The notes beneath the pieces were generated by a model, which saw nothing but the letters and a program-made list of their open reading frames with translations, made no database searches and was not told the origin of the DNA. The translations under genes and the position numbers were made by a program. Shown piece by piece: positions 1-7,303 of a DNA stretch of 21,610 nt (position 1 is its first letter; the number at the start of each line of letters is the position of its first letter). The stretch is from positions 8,241-29,850 of the forward strand of contig CAYLXZ010000007.1 in NCBI GenBank assembly GCA_964388265.1, written 5' to 3'. This DNA comes from Candidatus Micrarchaeota archaeon (GTDB lineage: Archaea; B1Sed10-29).

Positions 1-6
1 AGCTGG

Positions 7-38
7 GTTTAAATAGTTTAAGTCTCTGCAAGAATTAA
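7..38. repeat. 32-bp direct repeat copy 1 (copy 2 at 2643-2674); contains a minus-strand TATA-like box
   Basis: gtttaaatagtttaagtctctgcaagaattaa vs gtttaaatagtttaattctctgcaagaattaa, 31/32 identical. Confidence 0.9.
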
Positions 39-41
39 GCA

Positions 42-54
42 AGCCTTGGCCGGG
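42..54 (-). repeat. Duplicated 3' end of tRNA-Thr (att/target-site-duplication-like), 13 bp
   Basis: agccttggccggg is identical to 4807-4819 (discriminator + acceptor 3' strand + T-stem 3' strand). Confidence 0.85.
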
Positions 55-90
55 CTTTTACATTAAATGTAAAGATAGGGGGGTCTCTGT

Positions 91-390
91 TTATTTCTTT
101 TTTCTTCTGTTGAATTTTTTGTAGATGTTTTTTCTATGTCCTACTGCTTCTATTTTTATGATTTTTTCTTCGTAGTTAAGTATTGCTATTACTCGATAGT
201 CTCCTGATCTGAGTTTATGGTCGTCGTATTCTTGTAGTCTTTCAAAGTATACTTTGGGGTTTTCTCGCGCTTCTTCTAGTTTCTTAAGTATCTTTTGGGC
301 TTTTTCTGATTCGAGTTTGTACAGGTCTTTCTCAGCTTTTTCTGTGTATTTAAGTTTCCAGGGCTCTTCCTCTAGGTCGATGTCTTCCAT
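91..390 (-). CDS. RelE/ParE-family type II toxin
   Basis: 99 aa, basic; WKLKYTEKAEKDL...KLRSGDYRVI...VGHRKNIYK is the typical RelE pattern; lies downstream of a small antitoxin-like gene. Confidence 0.9.
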   Translation of the reverse strand: MEDIDLEEEPWKLKYTEKAEKDLYKLESEKAQKILKKLEEARENPKVYFERLQEYDDHKLRSGDYRVIAILNYEEKIIKIEAVGHRKNIYKKFNRRKKK

Positions 391-411
391 TATTCCACTT
401 TCCCTGGTTTT

Positions 412-663
412 CTATTGGTTTGGTTCTCCTATTCTTTTCTTCACTTTGCTGTGGCTGGTTAGGTTTCCTTTCTTTATATCTAGTCTTGCTTTTAGCAGCC
501 CTATTCTGAATTCATCTGTGTATTCTCCTTCTTCATCTCCTTCAGGTATTAGTTTAAGCATTTGTTTTATTACGTCATCGTAGCTTTCTTTAGATGTTTC
601 CTTAAGCGAGGCTAAGGTCTCTTTTGTCTCAGGGCGTACTTGGACGGTTGTGTATTCGGTCAT
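412..663 (-). CDS. Putative antitoxin (RHH-like N-terminus) of the RelE toxin
   Basis: TTVQVRPETKETLASLK...ESYDDVIKQML N-terminus and acidic C-terminus; ATG at 663 has a GGTGAG RBS (ORF track starts at 675). Confidence 0.8.
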   Translation of the reverse strand: MTEYTTVQVRPETKETLASLKETSKESYDDVIKQMLKLIPEGDEEGEYTDEFRIGLLKARLDIKKGNLTSHSKVKKRIGEPNQ

Positions 664-703
664 GTATCTCACCATCTTTCTTTTCTACCTAGCCCCATAA
701 AAA

Positions 704-733
704 CCTATGGGTAATCTATAGGTTATCTATAGG
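704..733. promoter_or_regulatory. Putative operator of the antitoxin-relE operon
   Basis: ctatgg/ctatag/ctatag at 705, 716 and 727 (11-bp period), next to a minus-strand TTTTTAT box at about 697-703. Confidence 0.55.
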
Positions 734-756
734 ATCTGTTTTTTTACAAGTAGAAA

Positions 757-812
757 GATGTTGATAGTCAACAAACAAAAGGTTTAAGAGCCATGATGTT
801 GATAATCAACAA
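757..812 (+). promoter_or_regulatory. HEPN-MNT promoter with two palindromic operators flanking the TATA box
   Basis: TGTTGA-tag-TCAACA (759-773) and TGTTGA-taa-TCAACA (797-811) bracket caaaaggTTTAAG (776-788). Confidence 0.7.
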
Positions 813-824
813 TAGGTTTCGAAA

Positions 825-1184
825 ATGGGAAAACTCAAAAACCTAAAAGAAGGATACAAAGAACACCTGGAAAGTGCAAAGATCCTAGAAGACCAAGGTA
901 ACTACAAATCAGCAGTTGAACTCTACTTCAAGGCAATGACATCCTTAACTGACCACATAATCAAAAAAGAAACTAATCGAACTCCAAAAAACCATTCAGA
1001 AAGATTCAGAATAACTGAGAACAAATTCCCAGAGATATACAAGATACTAGATTCTGTTTTCAGCACCTACAGAAAAGCCTACACCCAAAAAAGAGGTGAA
1101 AAACATGTTAGAAAAATTAAAAAAGGAATACAAAGAATCATCAGAACTCAAGGAAATGAAGAAAAATTTAAAACCCCTAATTAA
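825..1184 (+). CDS. HEPN domain protein (putative toxin)
   Basis: Helical 119 aa; HLESAKILEDQGNYKSAVELYFKA start and RTPKNH..RF motif; overlaps a nucleotidyltransferase gene. Confidence 0.75.
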   Translation: MGKLKNLKEGYKEHLESAKILEDQGNYKSAVELYFKAMTSLTDHIIKKETNRTPKNHSERFRITENKFPEIYKILDSVFSTYRKAYTQKRGEKHVRKIKKGIQRIIRTQGNEEKFKTPN

Positions 1185-1680
1185 AGGGGAAATAGTAGAT
1201 CTAATATTCTTCGGGTCATCCACCAAAGGAAAATACAGACCAAGAGACCTAGACCTAGCTATAATAACAAAAGACCCAAAAGGAATAGATATGGACAAAC
1301 TAACCGAGATAAGAAACAAAATCCACGGAAAAACAGAAGAAATAGACACAGAAGTAATTCCAATACAGGAACTATACACAACAGAGTTTGGATTCAACAT
1401 CCTTACAGAAGGATACAGCATAAGAGAGGAAAAACCCATAAATGAACTGATAGGGGTAGAACCCTACAATATCTACTCTTACTCCCTTGAAAACCTCAAT
1501 AAATCCAAGAAAACAACCTTCAATCGCTCTCTAAAAAGAATACTCAAGGAAGAAGAAGGAGAAAAGATAGGAAGAGGTGTTATAAGAATACCTAAGAGAA
1601 AATCAGGAGAAATAGAAGACTTCCTAAAAAACTGGGGAGTATGGGAAAACACCAGAAAATTCAAAACCATCAACTACTAA
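1156..1680 (+). CDS. Minimal nucleotidyltransferase (MNT, Pol-beta superfamily) with an extra C-terminal domain
   Basis: FFGSSTKG...RDLDLAII is the GS-x-DxD signature; likely ATG at 1156 (ORF track starts at 1096). Confidence 0.85.
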   Translation: MKKNLKPLIKGEIVDLIFFGSSTKGKYRPRDLDLAIITKDPKGIDMDKLTEIRNKIHGKTEEIDTEVIPIQELYTTEFGFNILTEGYSIREEKPINELIGVEPYNIYSYSLENLNKSKKTTFNRSLKRILKEEEGEKIGRGVIRIPKRKSGEIEDFLKNWGVWENTRKFKTINY

Positions 1681-1747
1681 CCACGTACGGATAAATCAGC
1701 TGAAAGCAAGACTATTCCATCCTCTTTCTCTATAAACTTTAGTTGAG

Positions 1748-1762
1748 AGCCTTGGCCGGGAG
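1748..1762 (-). repeat. Duplicated 3' end of tRNA-Thr, 15 bp
   Basis: agccttggccgggag is identical to 4807-4821. Confidence 0.9.
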
Positions 1763-1809
1763 CACAAATAAACTACAGAATAGTTACACCACATATAAAA
1801 AAGAGGTAA

Positions 1810-2064
1810 TTACCGGGAGCGAGTGCTATGGTGGTTGCTGGGTAGGAGAATTTTCTTTAAGATTTTGAATAGTGTTGTTAGACCTAATCCTATTAATAAA
1901 ACCATAGTGATATGGTAGGGTGAATATATACTACTTCGGAAGAATAGACTACCTGTGATTCCAGTTTTAAGTACTAATATGATTGCTATTGCGAAGGCTA
2001 TAGTGGCTGGTAAAGATTCTAAAATTGAGTTGGTTAATTTATTCTTCTTTATCCTCACTTTCAT
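1810..2064 (-). CDS. Small hypothetical membrane protein (2 TM)
   Basis: 84 aa, two hydrophobic segments; upstream GTGAT RBS-like site and TTTTATA box. Confidence 0.6.
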   Translation of the reverse strand: MKVRIKKNKLTNSILESLPATIAFAIAIILVLKTGITGSLFFRSSIYSPYHITMVLLIGLGLTTLFKILKKILLPSNHHSTRSR

Positions 2065-2138
2065 CTAATCACTATTTAGTATAAGGAGTTATAGATATAA
2101 AAGTCTCACATTCAGAAAAGTAGGGCGCAAACCTCTAT

Positions 2139-2612
2139 TTAACAGTACTTGTGTGGAGGCGTGAATTGACTGCCCCCTATACCTAAAGTTACTTCAAATT
2201 CGTCATGACTTCCGTAGTTGCATCTGAGGGTAAACGGAAGTTTCTTATTTTCTTCATTCATCGTACCTGTCGCAATAACATCACTGTCTATTGCACATGC
2301 AGAATTTACTGAGGTTTGTTTATAACAGTAAAGGACGACTCCTCCATTTGCTTCGTAATCATAGGGACCAATATAGTTAACTACACCTTCACATTTTATA
2401 CTACTCCCAGTATCTTTACAGTCATAGGAAGAAAAGGATAGATAAGACGTAAGTTTTTCCGAAAATTCGGTATTAACTGTATAATCTACTGAACTCTTTT
2501 CCTCTCCACCGCCTATACCCTCTACTCCGAAGGAACTATACATGAATACAAATGCCAGTACTAATACAGTTATCAGTACTAACACAACTGCAATAAGTTT
2601 ATCATTCTCCAT
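2139..2612 (-). CDS. Membrane-anchored or secreted Cys-containing hypothetical protein
   Basis: N-terminal hydrophobic helix, beta-rich ectodomain with 6 Cys; TATA box lies in the 2643-2674 repeat. Confidence 0.75.
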   Translation of the reverse strand: MENDKLIAVVLVLITVLVLAFVFMYSSFGVEGIGGGEEKSSVDYTVNTEFSEKLTSYLSFSSYDCKDTGSSIKCEGVVNYIGPYDYEANGGVVLYCYKQTSVNSACAIDSDVIATGTMNEENKKLPFTLRCNYGSHDEFEVTLGIGGSQFTPPHKYC

Positions 2613-2642
2613 ATTTCATCACGTTTATGTAAATAGAACTGT

Positions 2643-2674
2643 GTTTAAATAGTTTAATTCTCTGCAAGAATTAA
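2643..2674. repeat. 32-bp direct repeat copy 2; likely promoter of 2139-2612
   Basis: 31/32 identity to 7-38; minus strand reads ...AAACTATTTAAAC; overlaps the stop codon of the upstream gene. Confidence 0.9.
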
Positions 2675-2937
2675 TCACACTGTCTCTTTTTTTCTAACCA
2701 ATTTGCTATGTCCTCGCCGAAACTAAGGGTGACTAAGACTAATACAAGCACGAGAAAAGCAGTTGTTATCGCATATAGGGGTAGGAAGGCGTTTGATTCT
2801 TTTTCTACAAGTTTATATACTGAGATGGCTGCTGTTCCAGCTATAATACTTACAAAGAAATCGTATATAATCCTATGCCTATCTCTAACCTTAGCCATCC
2901 TTTTCCTGGCTTCTTCAGCCCAAGTACCTTTTCTCAT
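2671..2937 (-). CDS. Small hypothetical membrane protein (2 TM)
   Basis: 88 aa, basic N-terminus followed by two hydrophobic segments. Confidence 0.65.
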   Translation of the reverse strand: MRKGTWAEEARKRMAKVRDRHRIIYDFFVSIIAGTAAISVYKLVEKESNAFLPLYAITTAFLVLVLVLVTLSFGEDIANWLEKKRQCD

Positions 2938-2996
2938 AAGAGAACACTTACATTTTCTGTTTTTTCAGTCAATCTAATCTCTTTCCTATAATTTCA

Positions 2997-3500
2997 TTAC
3001 GTTGACAGGAAGATTAGTATTCCTGTTATTACTGCTAAGATTATTCCTATTATTGCTGCTTTTTTTATCTTGGATTTTTTACTTCTTGTTTTTCCTTTGC
3101 TTTCTGTTATTGTTGTTTCTTTTGTTTCTGAAAGTGCTTTATCGAATGCCTTATCTCTTTCTTCTTCTTTTTTCTTTTGTTCTTCTCTCCATTTTTTTCC
3201 AAATGGTATGCATGGGTGTCCTCCTTTTATTGATAGGGTTTGTTCAGGGTGTTTTCTTTTAAATGTAAGAGTTGCAGGTGGTTTTGGAACTAAGTGTTCT
3301 TCGCAGAAGTATTCACTACAGTGTTGGCATCTGTAAACTTTTCCTTCTTTATCGCACATGTGGTAGTGGCATTTCTCTTCTTTTTTCTTTGGTTCTTTCT
3401 TCTCTTTATCTGTCTCTTTTTCACTGTGCACTTGGGATTTGTGTATCTTCATTCCTCTCTCGGTATCGAATTCCTTGCCACACACCGGGCATTGAGCCAT
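2997..3500 (-). CDS. C2H2 + AN1-like zinc-finger protein with C-terminal membrane anchor
   Basis: CPVC...HKSQVH; CHYHMC...CQHCSEYFCEEH...HPC; terminal hydrophobic helix; ATG at 3500 with GAGGT RBS. Confidence 0.8.
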   Translation of the reverse strand: MAQCPVCGKEFDTERGMKIHKSQVHSEKETDKEKKEPKKKEEKCHYHMCDKEGKVYRCQHCSEYFCEEHLVPKPPATLTFKRKHPEQTLSIKGGHPCIPFGKKWREEQKKKEEERDKAFDKALSETKETTITESKGKTRSKKSKIKKAAIIGIILAVITGILIFLST

Positions 3501-3510
3501 TTGTTTTACC

Positions 3511-4080
3511 TCAGTCAAGTGCTGTTACATCAGTAACGTTCAAATAATACTTCTTCCGAGTTGAATTTGGCTTACATCTGTATTCCGTTATCTCAACTTC
3601 ATGTCCATAAGAAATTTCTTCTGGAGGCTGTTCACATTTATCAACAGGAATAACGCTCCTTAGGGGATCATAAGAATCCCAAGGGATATCTACTGTAGGA
3701 TCATGATTGGTTTCTTCTTTAATCCAGAAAGTTCTTTTCTGGCATTTACATGCATCATAGCTCTCTACAACTGCTTCTATTCTACACTGACCACAGTAAA
3801 AGTAATCATATTTTACGGGTAGAAAAATAGATTTGCCTTCTTTATTTTCTGTCATAATAGTATATTCAAAACCTGAATATGTTATATCTGTATTGGCTGT
3901 AGGATATGTTTCTATGGTTACTGTTTCGTTTACATATTCTTCTGGGTTTAGAACTACATCTTTCTTGGAAGTTCCAGCGGAAAGAGAACCTTCAACACAT
4001 CCAGTTAAGGATAAGGTTCCTGCTAATACCACTACAGCAATAAACAGTGAAACACCTTGGGATTTACTCAGTTCATCCAT
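3511..4080 (-). CDS. Putative lipoprotein, Cys-rich
   Basis: Hydrophobic signal ending in an LSLTGC lipobox; likely start 4080 or 4089 rather than 4155. Confidence 0.7.
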   Translation of the reverse strand: MDELSKSQGVSLFIAVVVLAGTLSLTGCVEGSLSAGTSKKDVVLNPEEYVNETVTIETYPTANTDITYSGFEYTIMTENKEGKSIFLPVKYDYFYCGQCRIEAVVESYDACKCQKRTFWIKEETNHDPTVDIPWDSYDPLRSVIPVDKCEQPPEEISYGHEVEITEYRCKPNSTRKKYYLNVTDVTALD

Positions 4081-4146
4081 GTTTACCATTGGTCGCTGAT
4101 GGAATAAATAATTTAAGGGGGCGGAAGATAAAGATAATGATTCTAT

Positions 4147-4572
4147 ATGAGTCAACTACATGAGGAACGTTTAAAACTACTCCAAGATATTTATAATGGT
4201 GAATACAGCGAGAGGAAAATCGAGGAGGGAGAATACAATAAAAAACGAATAAAAGGATTTAGGGATGAAGGACTAATAACAGGAGACTTAGACTCCCTAC
4301 AACTAACTCCTACAGGATACAAGTTGATTGCTTCCCATAATTCTCTAAAGGCATCTGAAGAATCTCTTGATGTTTCTGAACAATCTTTAAAGTCCAGTGA
4401 ACTATTATTAATAGCTACTTTATTCCTTCTTGTAGTATCATTAACACAAGTATTTATATTAGCCGTGAAATACAGTTCCTGGTTAGTTAGTGGGGTTTTT
4501 TTAATGGCGGCAGGGGCAGTATTAACGACCTTTCTTATCCTTCATTTCTTTGTTCCAAATATCCCGATTTAA
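4147..4572 (+). CDS. Hypothetical protein: winged-helix-like N-terminus plus 2 C-terminal TM helices
   Basis: FRDEGLI....LQLTPTG resembles a wHTH wing; two hydrophobic segments at the C-terminus. Confidence 0.6.
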   Translation: MSQLHEERLKLLQDIYNGEYSERKIEEGEYNKKRIKGFRDEGLITGDLDSLQLTPTGYKLIASHNSLKASEESLDVSEQSLKSSELLLIATLFLLVVSLTQVFILAVKYSSWLVSGVFLMAAGAVLTTFLILHFFVPNIPI

Positions 4573-4755
4573 CCTGTTTCTTCTTCGATGAACTTCCACC
4601 TATGCTCTAATCCTTCCTTGAGTAACTCTTTCTGTTCTTCTACTTCTTTAGCATCTATAAAATCCAGGTCGCTGTCTACATAAGTATCTTTCATTTCTTT
4701 AAATAGAAGTGCCCCATCACTGGTTGTTGCTTCAAGTAGTTTAGTTGGTTCAATG
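4569..4755 (-). pseudogene. Possible 5'-truncated gene remnant (or a 41-aa ORF from ATG 4694)
   Basis: Open frame IEPTKLLEATTSDGALLFKEMKDTY...EEETG* with a protein-like acidic composition, running directly out of the hairpin repeat. Confidence 0.35.
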
Positions 4756-4808
4756 TTTTTCTTTTGGTAGGCTGTAGGTTTTCTTTTTCTGGAAAAAGAA
4801 AAGTTTAG
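4756..4808 (-). repeat. About 50-bp hairpin-containing dispersed repeat, copy 1
   Basis: Minus strand ctaaacttttctttttccagaaaaagaaaacctacagcctaccaaaagaaaaa; matches 7171-7224 on the + strand. Confidence 0.9.
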
Positions 4809-4879
4809 CCTTGGCCGGGAGTTGAACCCGGGGCCTTATCCTTACCATGGATACGCTCTACCAACTGAGCTACCAAGGC
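4807..4879 (-). tRNA. tRNA-Thr(GGT)
   Basis: GCCTTGG/CCAAGGC acceptor, TATCC-ATGGTAA-GGATA anticodon arm, CCGGG-TTCAACT-CCCGG T arm, U discriminator, no CCA. Confidence 0.97.
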
Positions 4880-4888
4880 TTAGGGATT

Positions 4889-5539
4889 CTAGTACTTTGT
4901 TAGTTTTTTAAGAAGATTAGGGTCGTTCTCTTCTATGTATTTATCTACTTTGTCTTTTATTTCTTTATGTACGGATTCTATGTCTTTTTCCCCGTCTATT
5001 CTATGTAGTTCTTCTCTCTTATCGACTAAGTCCAGGTAGTTCTGTCGGATTCTCCGCATTTTCTTCTTTTTCTCGAATAACTCCGCGCTTGGCCTTTCCT
5101 CCATTCTATTCAAGCTTTCTTCCACGGATACATCCAGGTAAAAAGCTATGTCTGGGGCTGGGAACCTTTCGTTTATCTTCTCTATCCATTCTAGAGGCAG
5201 ATCTAGTTGTCCAAAAGCCATGCTGGAGTAGAAATATCTGTCAGTGACGACTATATGGTCGTTATTTAGGGCAGGAAAGATATCTTTCTCCAAGTGATGT
5301 GATCTATCAGCTGCGAACAGGAGCTGTAAACACTCTTGTGTAGAGCTCCATTCATGGGTTAACTGTCCTCTTATTAATCCACCTACCAGATTGTTGGTAG
5401 GTTCTTTTTCCTGGTTAGCTTGGAATCCTTTTTCCCTTAGATATTCGACTAGTTTATTGGCTTGAGTTGTTTGTCCTGAACCATCTGTACCTTCTATAGC
5501 GATAAATAAACCGTTTCCATCTTCTCTCATGTGTTTCAT
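4889..5539 (-). CDS. tmk: Thymidylate (dTMP) kinase
   Basis: FIAIEGTDGSGQTTQ P-loop, KEPT, LLFAADR, DRYFYSS and PDIAFYLDV motifs. Confidence 0.93.
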   Translation of the reverse strand: MKHMREDGNGLFIAIEGTDGSGQTTQANKLVEYLREKGFQANQEKEPTNNLVGGLIRGQLTHEWSSTQECLQLLFAADRSHHLEKDIFPALNNDHIVVTDRYFYSSMAFGQLDLPLEWIEKINERFPAPDIAFYLDVSVEESLNRMEERPSAELFEKKKKMRRIRQNYLDLVDKREELHRIDGEKDIESVHKEIKDKVDKYIEENDPNLLKKLTKY

Positions 5540-5620
5540 TTTTCCCGCTCCATATTACAAGTTATTTAATTGTAGTTATCCTTATATTATTAAGTTAATC
5601 GTTCACTGGGAGAGTTAAAT

Positions 5621-6694
5621 ATGAAGATCAGAAGGATTGCTTACACGGTTTTAGGTGTATTTATCTTTTTTCTAGCTATTGTTCTGCTTAAAGAGAGCAC
5701 TGGACTACTTTCATCTTTCTTTAAATCTTATCTGTCTTCCGTGAGTGACCCTGTTAGTTCTCTTGGTTTAGGATGGGTTTTGTCGTACTTGATGCTTTCC
5801 GGTTCTCCTGTAGCTGCTTTGAGTTTGGATTTCTTGTCTATTGGTGTTCTTGAACAGATACCGGTGTTCATGATGCTCGTGGGCTCAAGGCTCGGAGCTG
5901 CTTTTATCTTGATTCTAATCGGTGTGGTGGAGTACTACCGTGGCAAGAGCGATGACCTGGCTGACTCGACTTCTTTGGCTTTCTTAACTTTCATAATAAC
6001 CTACACGGTGTTTATCCCGGTTATCTTTATTGGTAGCTTCTTCCTGGGGAGAGGTCTAGGGGAGTTCCCTATTTATTCTCCAGGTTCAGTTGTCTTGGGG
6101 ATCAACAGCTTCTTTAAGATATTTACAGATAGGATAATAGCTTTCTCTGGGTCTTTCCCATCGTTCTTGCTTTCTTTCATCTTACTGTGGATTGGTTTAA
6201 GTGTTTTTGACAGGGCTTTCAAGAACCTTGATCCTCGTAGAGTTAAATCGAGCTTTATTGCTTTTGCTATGAGGCGTAAGTGGTTCTCTTTCTTCCTTGG
6301 AGCTGTGGTAACTTTGTTCGCTGCTTCTGTTTCTCTTTCTCTAGGTATACTAGTTCCTCTTTACAATAAGGGCTTCGTGGAGAGAAGGAGTTTGATTCCT
6401 TATATCATGGGTGCTAATATAACTACGTTCGCTGATACTTTCATTGTAGCTATGTTGCTGGAGAGCTCTCTGGCTTTCAACGTGGTGTTGGCTGCTGCAG
6501 TGGCTGGGTTGATAGTGACGGTTATTTATCTTCACTATTATCATTACTACTTTATGTTTCTTCAATCTTCAATTAACTATCTCTTATTCAGATCAAGGAG
6601 AATGATTGTGTTCTTTATCTTGCTCTTGGTTATTCCTTTGGTTCTGTTGTTTAATTCTCAGTTGGCTTCATTGGTTGGCTTGCTGTTCTCTTAG
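5621..6694 (+). CDS. Na+/phosphate cotransporter family membrane protein
   Basis: Polytopic with two repeats: SGSPVAA...GSRLGA and SVSLSL...PYIMGANITT. Confidence 0.8.
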   Translation: MKIRRIAYTVLGVFIFFLAIVLLKESTGLLSSFFKSYLSSVSDPVSSLGLGWVLSYLMLSGSPVAALSLDFLSIGVLEQIPVFMMLVGSRLGAAFILILIGVVEYYRGKSDDLADSTSLAFLTFIITYTVFIPVIFIGSFFLGRGLGEFPIYSPGSVVLGINSFFKIFTDRIIAFSGSFPSFLLSFILLWIGLSVFDRAFKNLDPRRVKSSFIAFAMRRKWFSFFLGAVVTLFAASVSLSLGILVPLYNKGFVERRSLIPYIMGANITTFADTFIVAMLLESSLAFNVVLAAAVAGLIVTVIYLHYYHYYFMFLQSSINYLLFRSRRMIVFFILLLVIPLVLLFNSQLASLVGLLFS

Positions 6695-7030
6695 CTGCCC
6701 TGTTATGAGTTTTCCTTTTCCTTTTGGTATCATTACTTCCTCTGTTTCTCTTTCTGTCCTTATTTGAAGCACGTCGTATTTTTTCTTTGGCTCGATCTTA
6801 ACGCTGCCTATTATTGAGTAGAGGAAGTCCTGGTATCTCTCAGTTTCTTTCATCAATCTTTTCCGGCCTTTCTTCCATATTATTATTCTTCTGTTGGTTA
6901 GTATGAGGCTGTGTAGTTCTTTTCCTTTCTTGGATTTCATCTGTGTGATTATCTGGATGTTTTCTCCGGATCCAAGTGTTTCTTGGATTTCTTCGAGTGT
7001 GTCTTCGTCTACTTCTCCGATTTTTTCCAT
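6668..7030 (-). CDS. Prokaryotic PH-domain protein
   Basis: LGSGENI...LILTNRRIIIW...Y..I.SV pattern. Confidence 0.7.
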   Translation of the reverse strand: MEKIGEVDEDTLEEIQETLGSGENIQIITQMKSKKGKELHSLILTNRRIIIWKKGRKRLMKETERYQDFLYSIIGSVKIEPKKKYDVLQIRTERETEEVMIPKGKGKLITGQLREQQANQ

Positions 7031-7126
7031 GTTTGCATCTGTATACCTTAGGATTAAGTTCTTTTTAATTGTTTATTTTCTAGTTTGCTTTGGGTTTGTA
7101 TCAAAACTTTTTCTAAGTTTGGGATT

Positions 7127-7149
7127 CTAAACCTTTTCTAAAGGTTTAG
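7127..7149. repeat. Perfect 10-bp hairpin
   Basis: ctaaaccttt-tct-aaaggtttag; an imperfect related hairpin lies at about 7102-7121. Confidence 0.75.
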
Positions 7150-7150
7150 T

Positions 7151-7163
7151 TGTAGGGAAGGGG
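7151..7163 (-). repeat. Duplicated 3' end of tRNA-Leu (12/13 identity)
   Basis: tgtagggaagggg vs tgcagggaagggg at 7304-7316. Confidence 0.7.
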
Positions 7164-7170
7164 TTCTCAC

Positions 7171-7224
7171 CTAAGCTTTTCTTTTTTTAGAAAAAAGAAA
7201 ACCTACAGCCTATCAAAAGAAAAA
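7171..7224 (+). repeat. About 50-bp hairpin-containing dispersed repeat, copy 2
   Basis: ctaagcttttctttttttagaaaaaagaaaacctacagcctatcaaaagaaaaa; inverted copy of 4756-4808. Confidence 0.9.
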
Positions 7225-7270
7225 ATCTAATTGAATGTAGTGCCTAAAATAGTTATTACAAGACAAGTCC

Positions 7271-7300
7271 TTTTTTGCGAACTTTTTCGTTTAAAAAGTT
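7271..7300 (-). repeat. Hairpin + GCAAAAAA element just 3' of tRNA-Leu
   Basis: AACTTTTT-AAACG-AAAAAGTT-CGCAAAAAA; similar to 7489-7520 in the tRNA-Arg intron. Confidence 0.7.
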
Positions 7301-7303
7301 CTT

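Larger units (their letters stand above)
55..1747. mobile_element. Putative integrated islet 2 carrying two toxin-antitoxin modules
   Basis: Bounded by tRNA-Thr 3'-end copies at 42-54 and 1748-1762; only TA genes inside; no integrase visible. Confidence 0.6.
1763..4806. mobile_element. Putative integrated islet 1 of orphan membrane/secreted genes
   Basis: Lies between tRNA-Thr and its 15-bp 3'-end copy; visibly more AT-rich than the polB/map region; no integrase visible. Confidence 0.6.

Noticed and set aside
1734..1748. Minus-strand tctcaactaaagttt resembling tctcacctaagcttt at 7165-7179, both next to tRNA-end copies
   Set aside because: 12/15 identity in AT-rich DNA; the position is suggestive but too weak to report as a feature.
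1813..1820. ccgggagc matching 1756-1763, a possible further att remnant
   Set aside because: Only 8 bp and lacks the acceptor-stem part; cannot be separated from chance.
6894..7130. 78-aa plus-strand ORF running into the hairpin region
   Set aside because: Antisense to the PH-domain gene, non-ATG start, low-complexity sequence.
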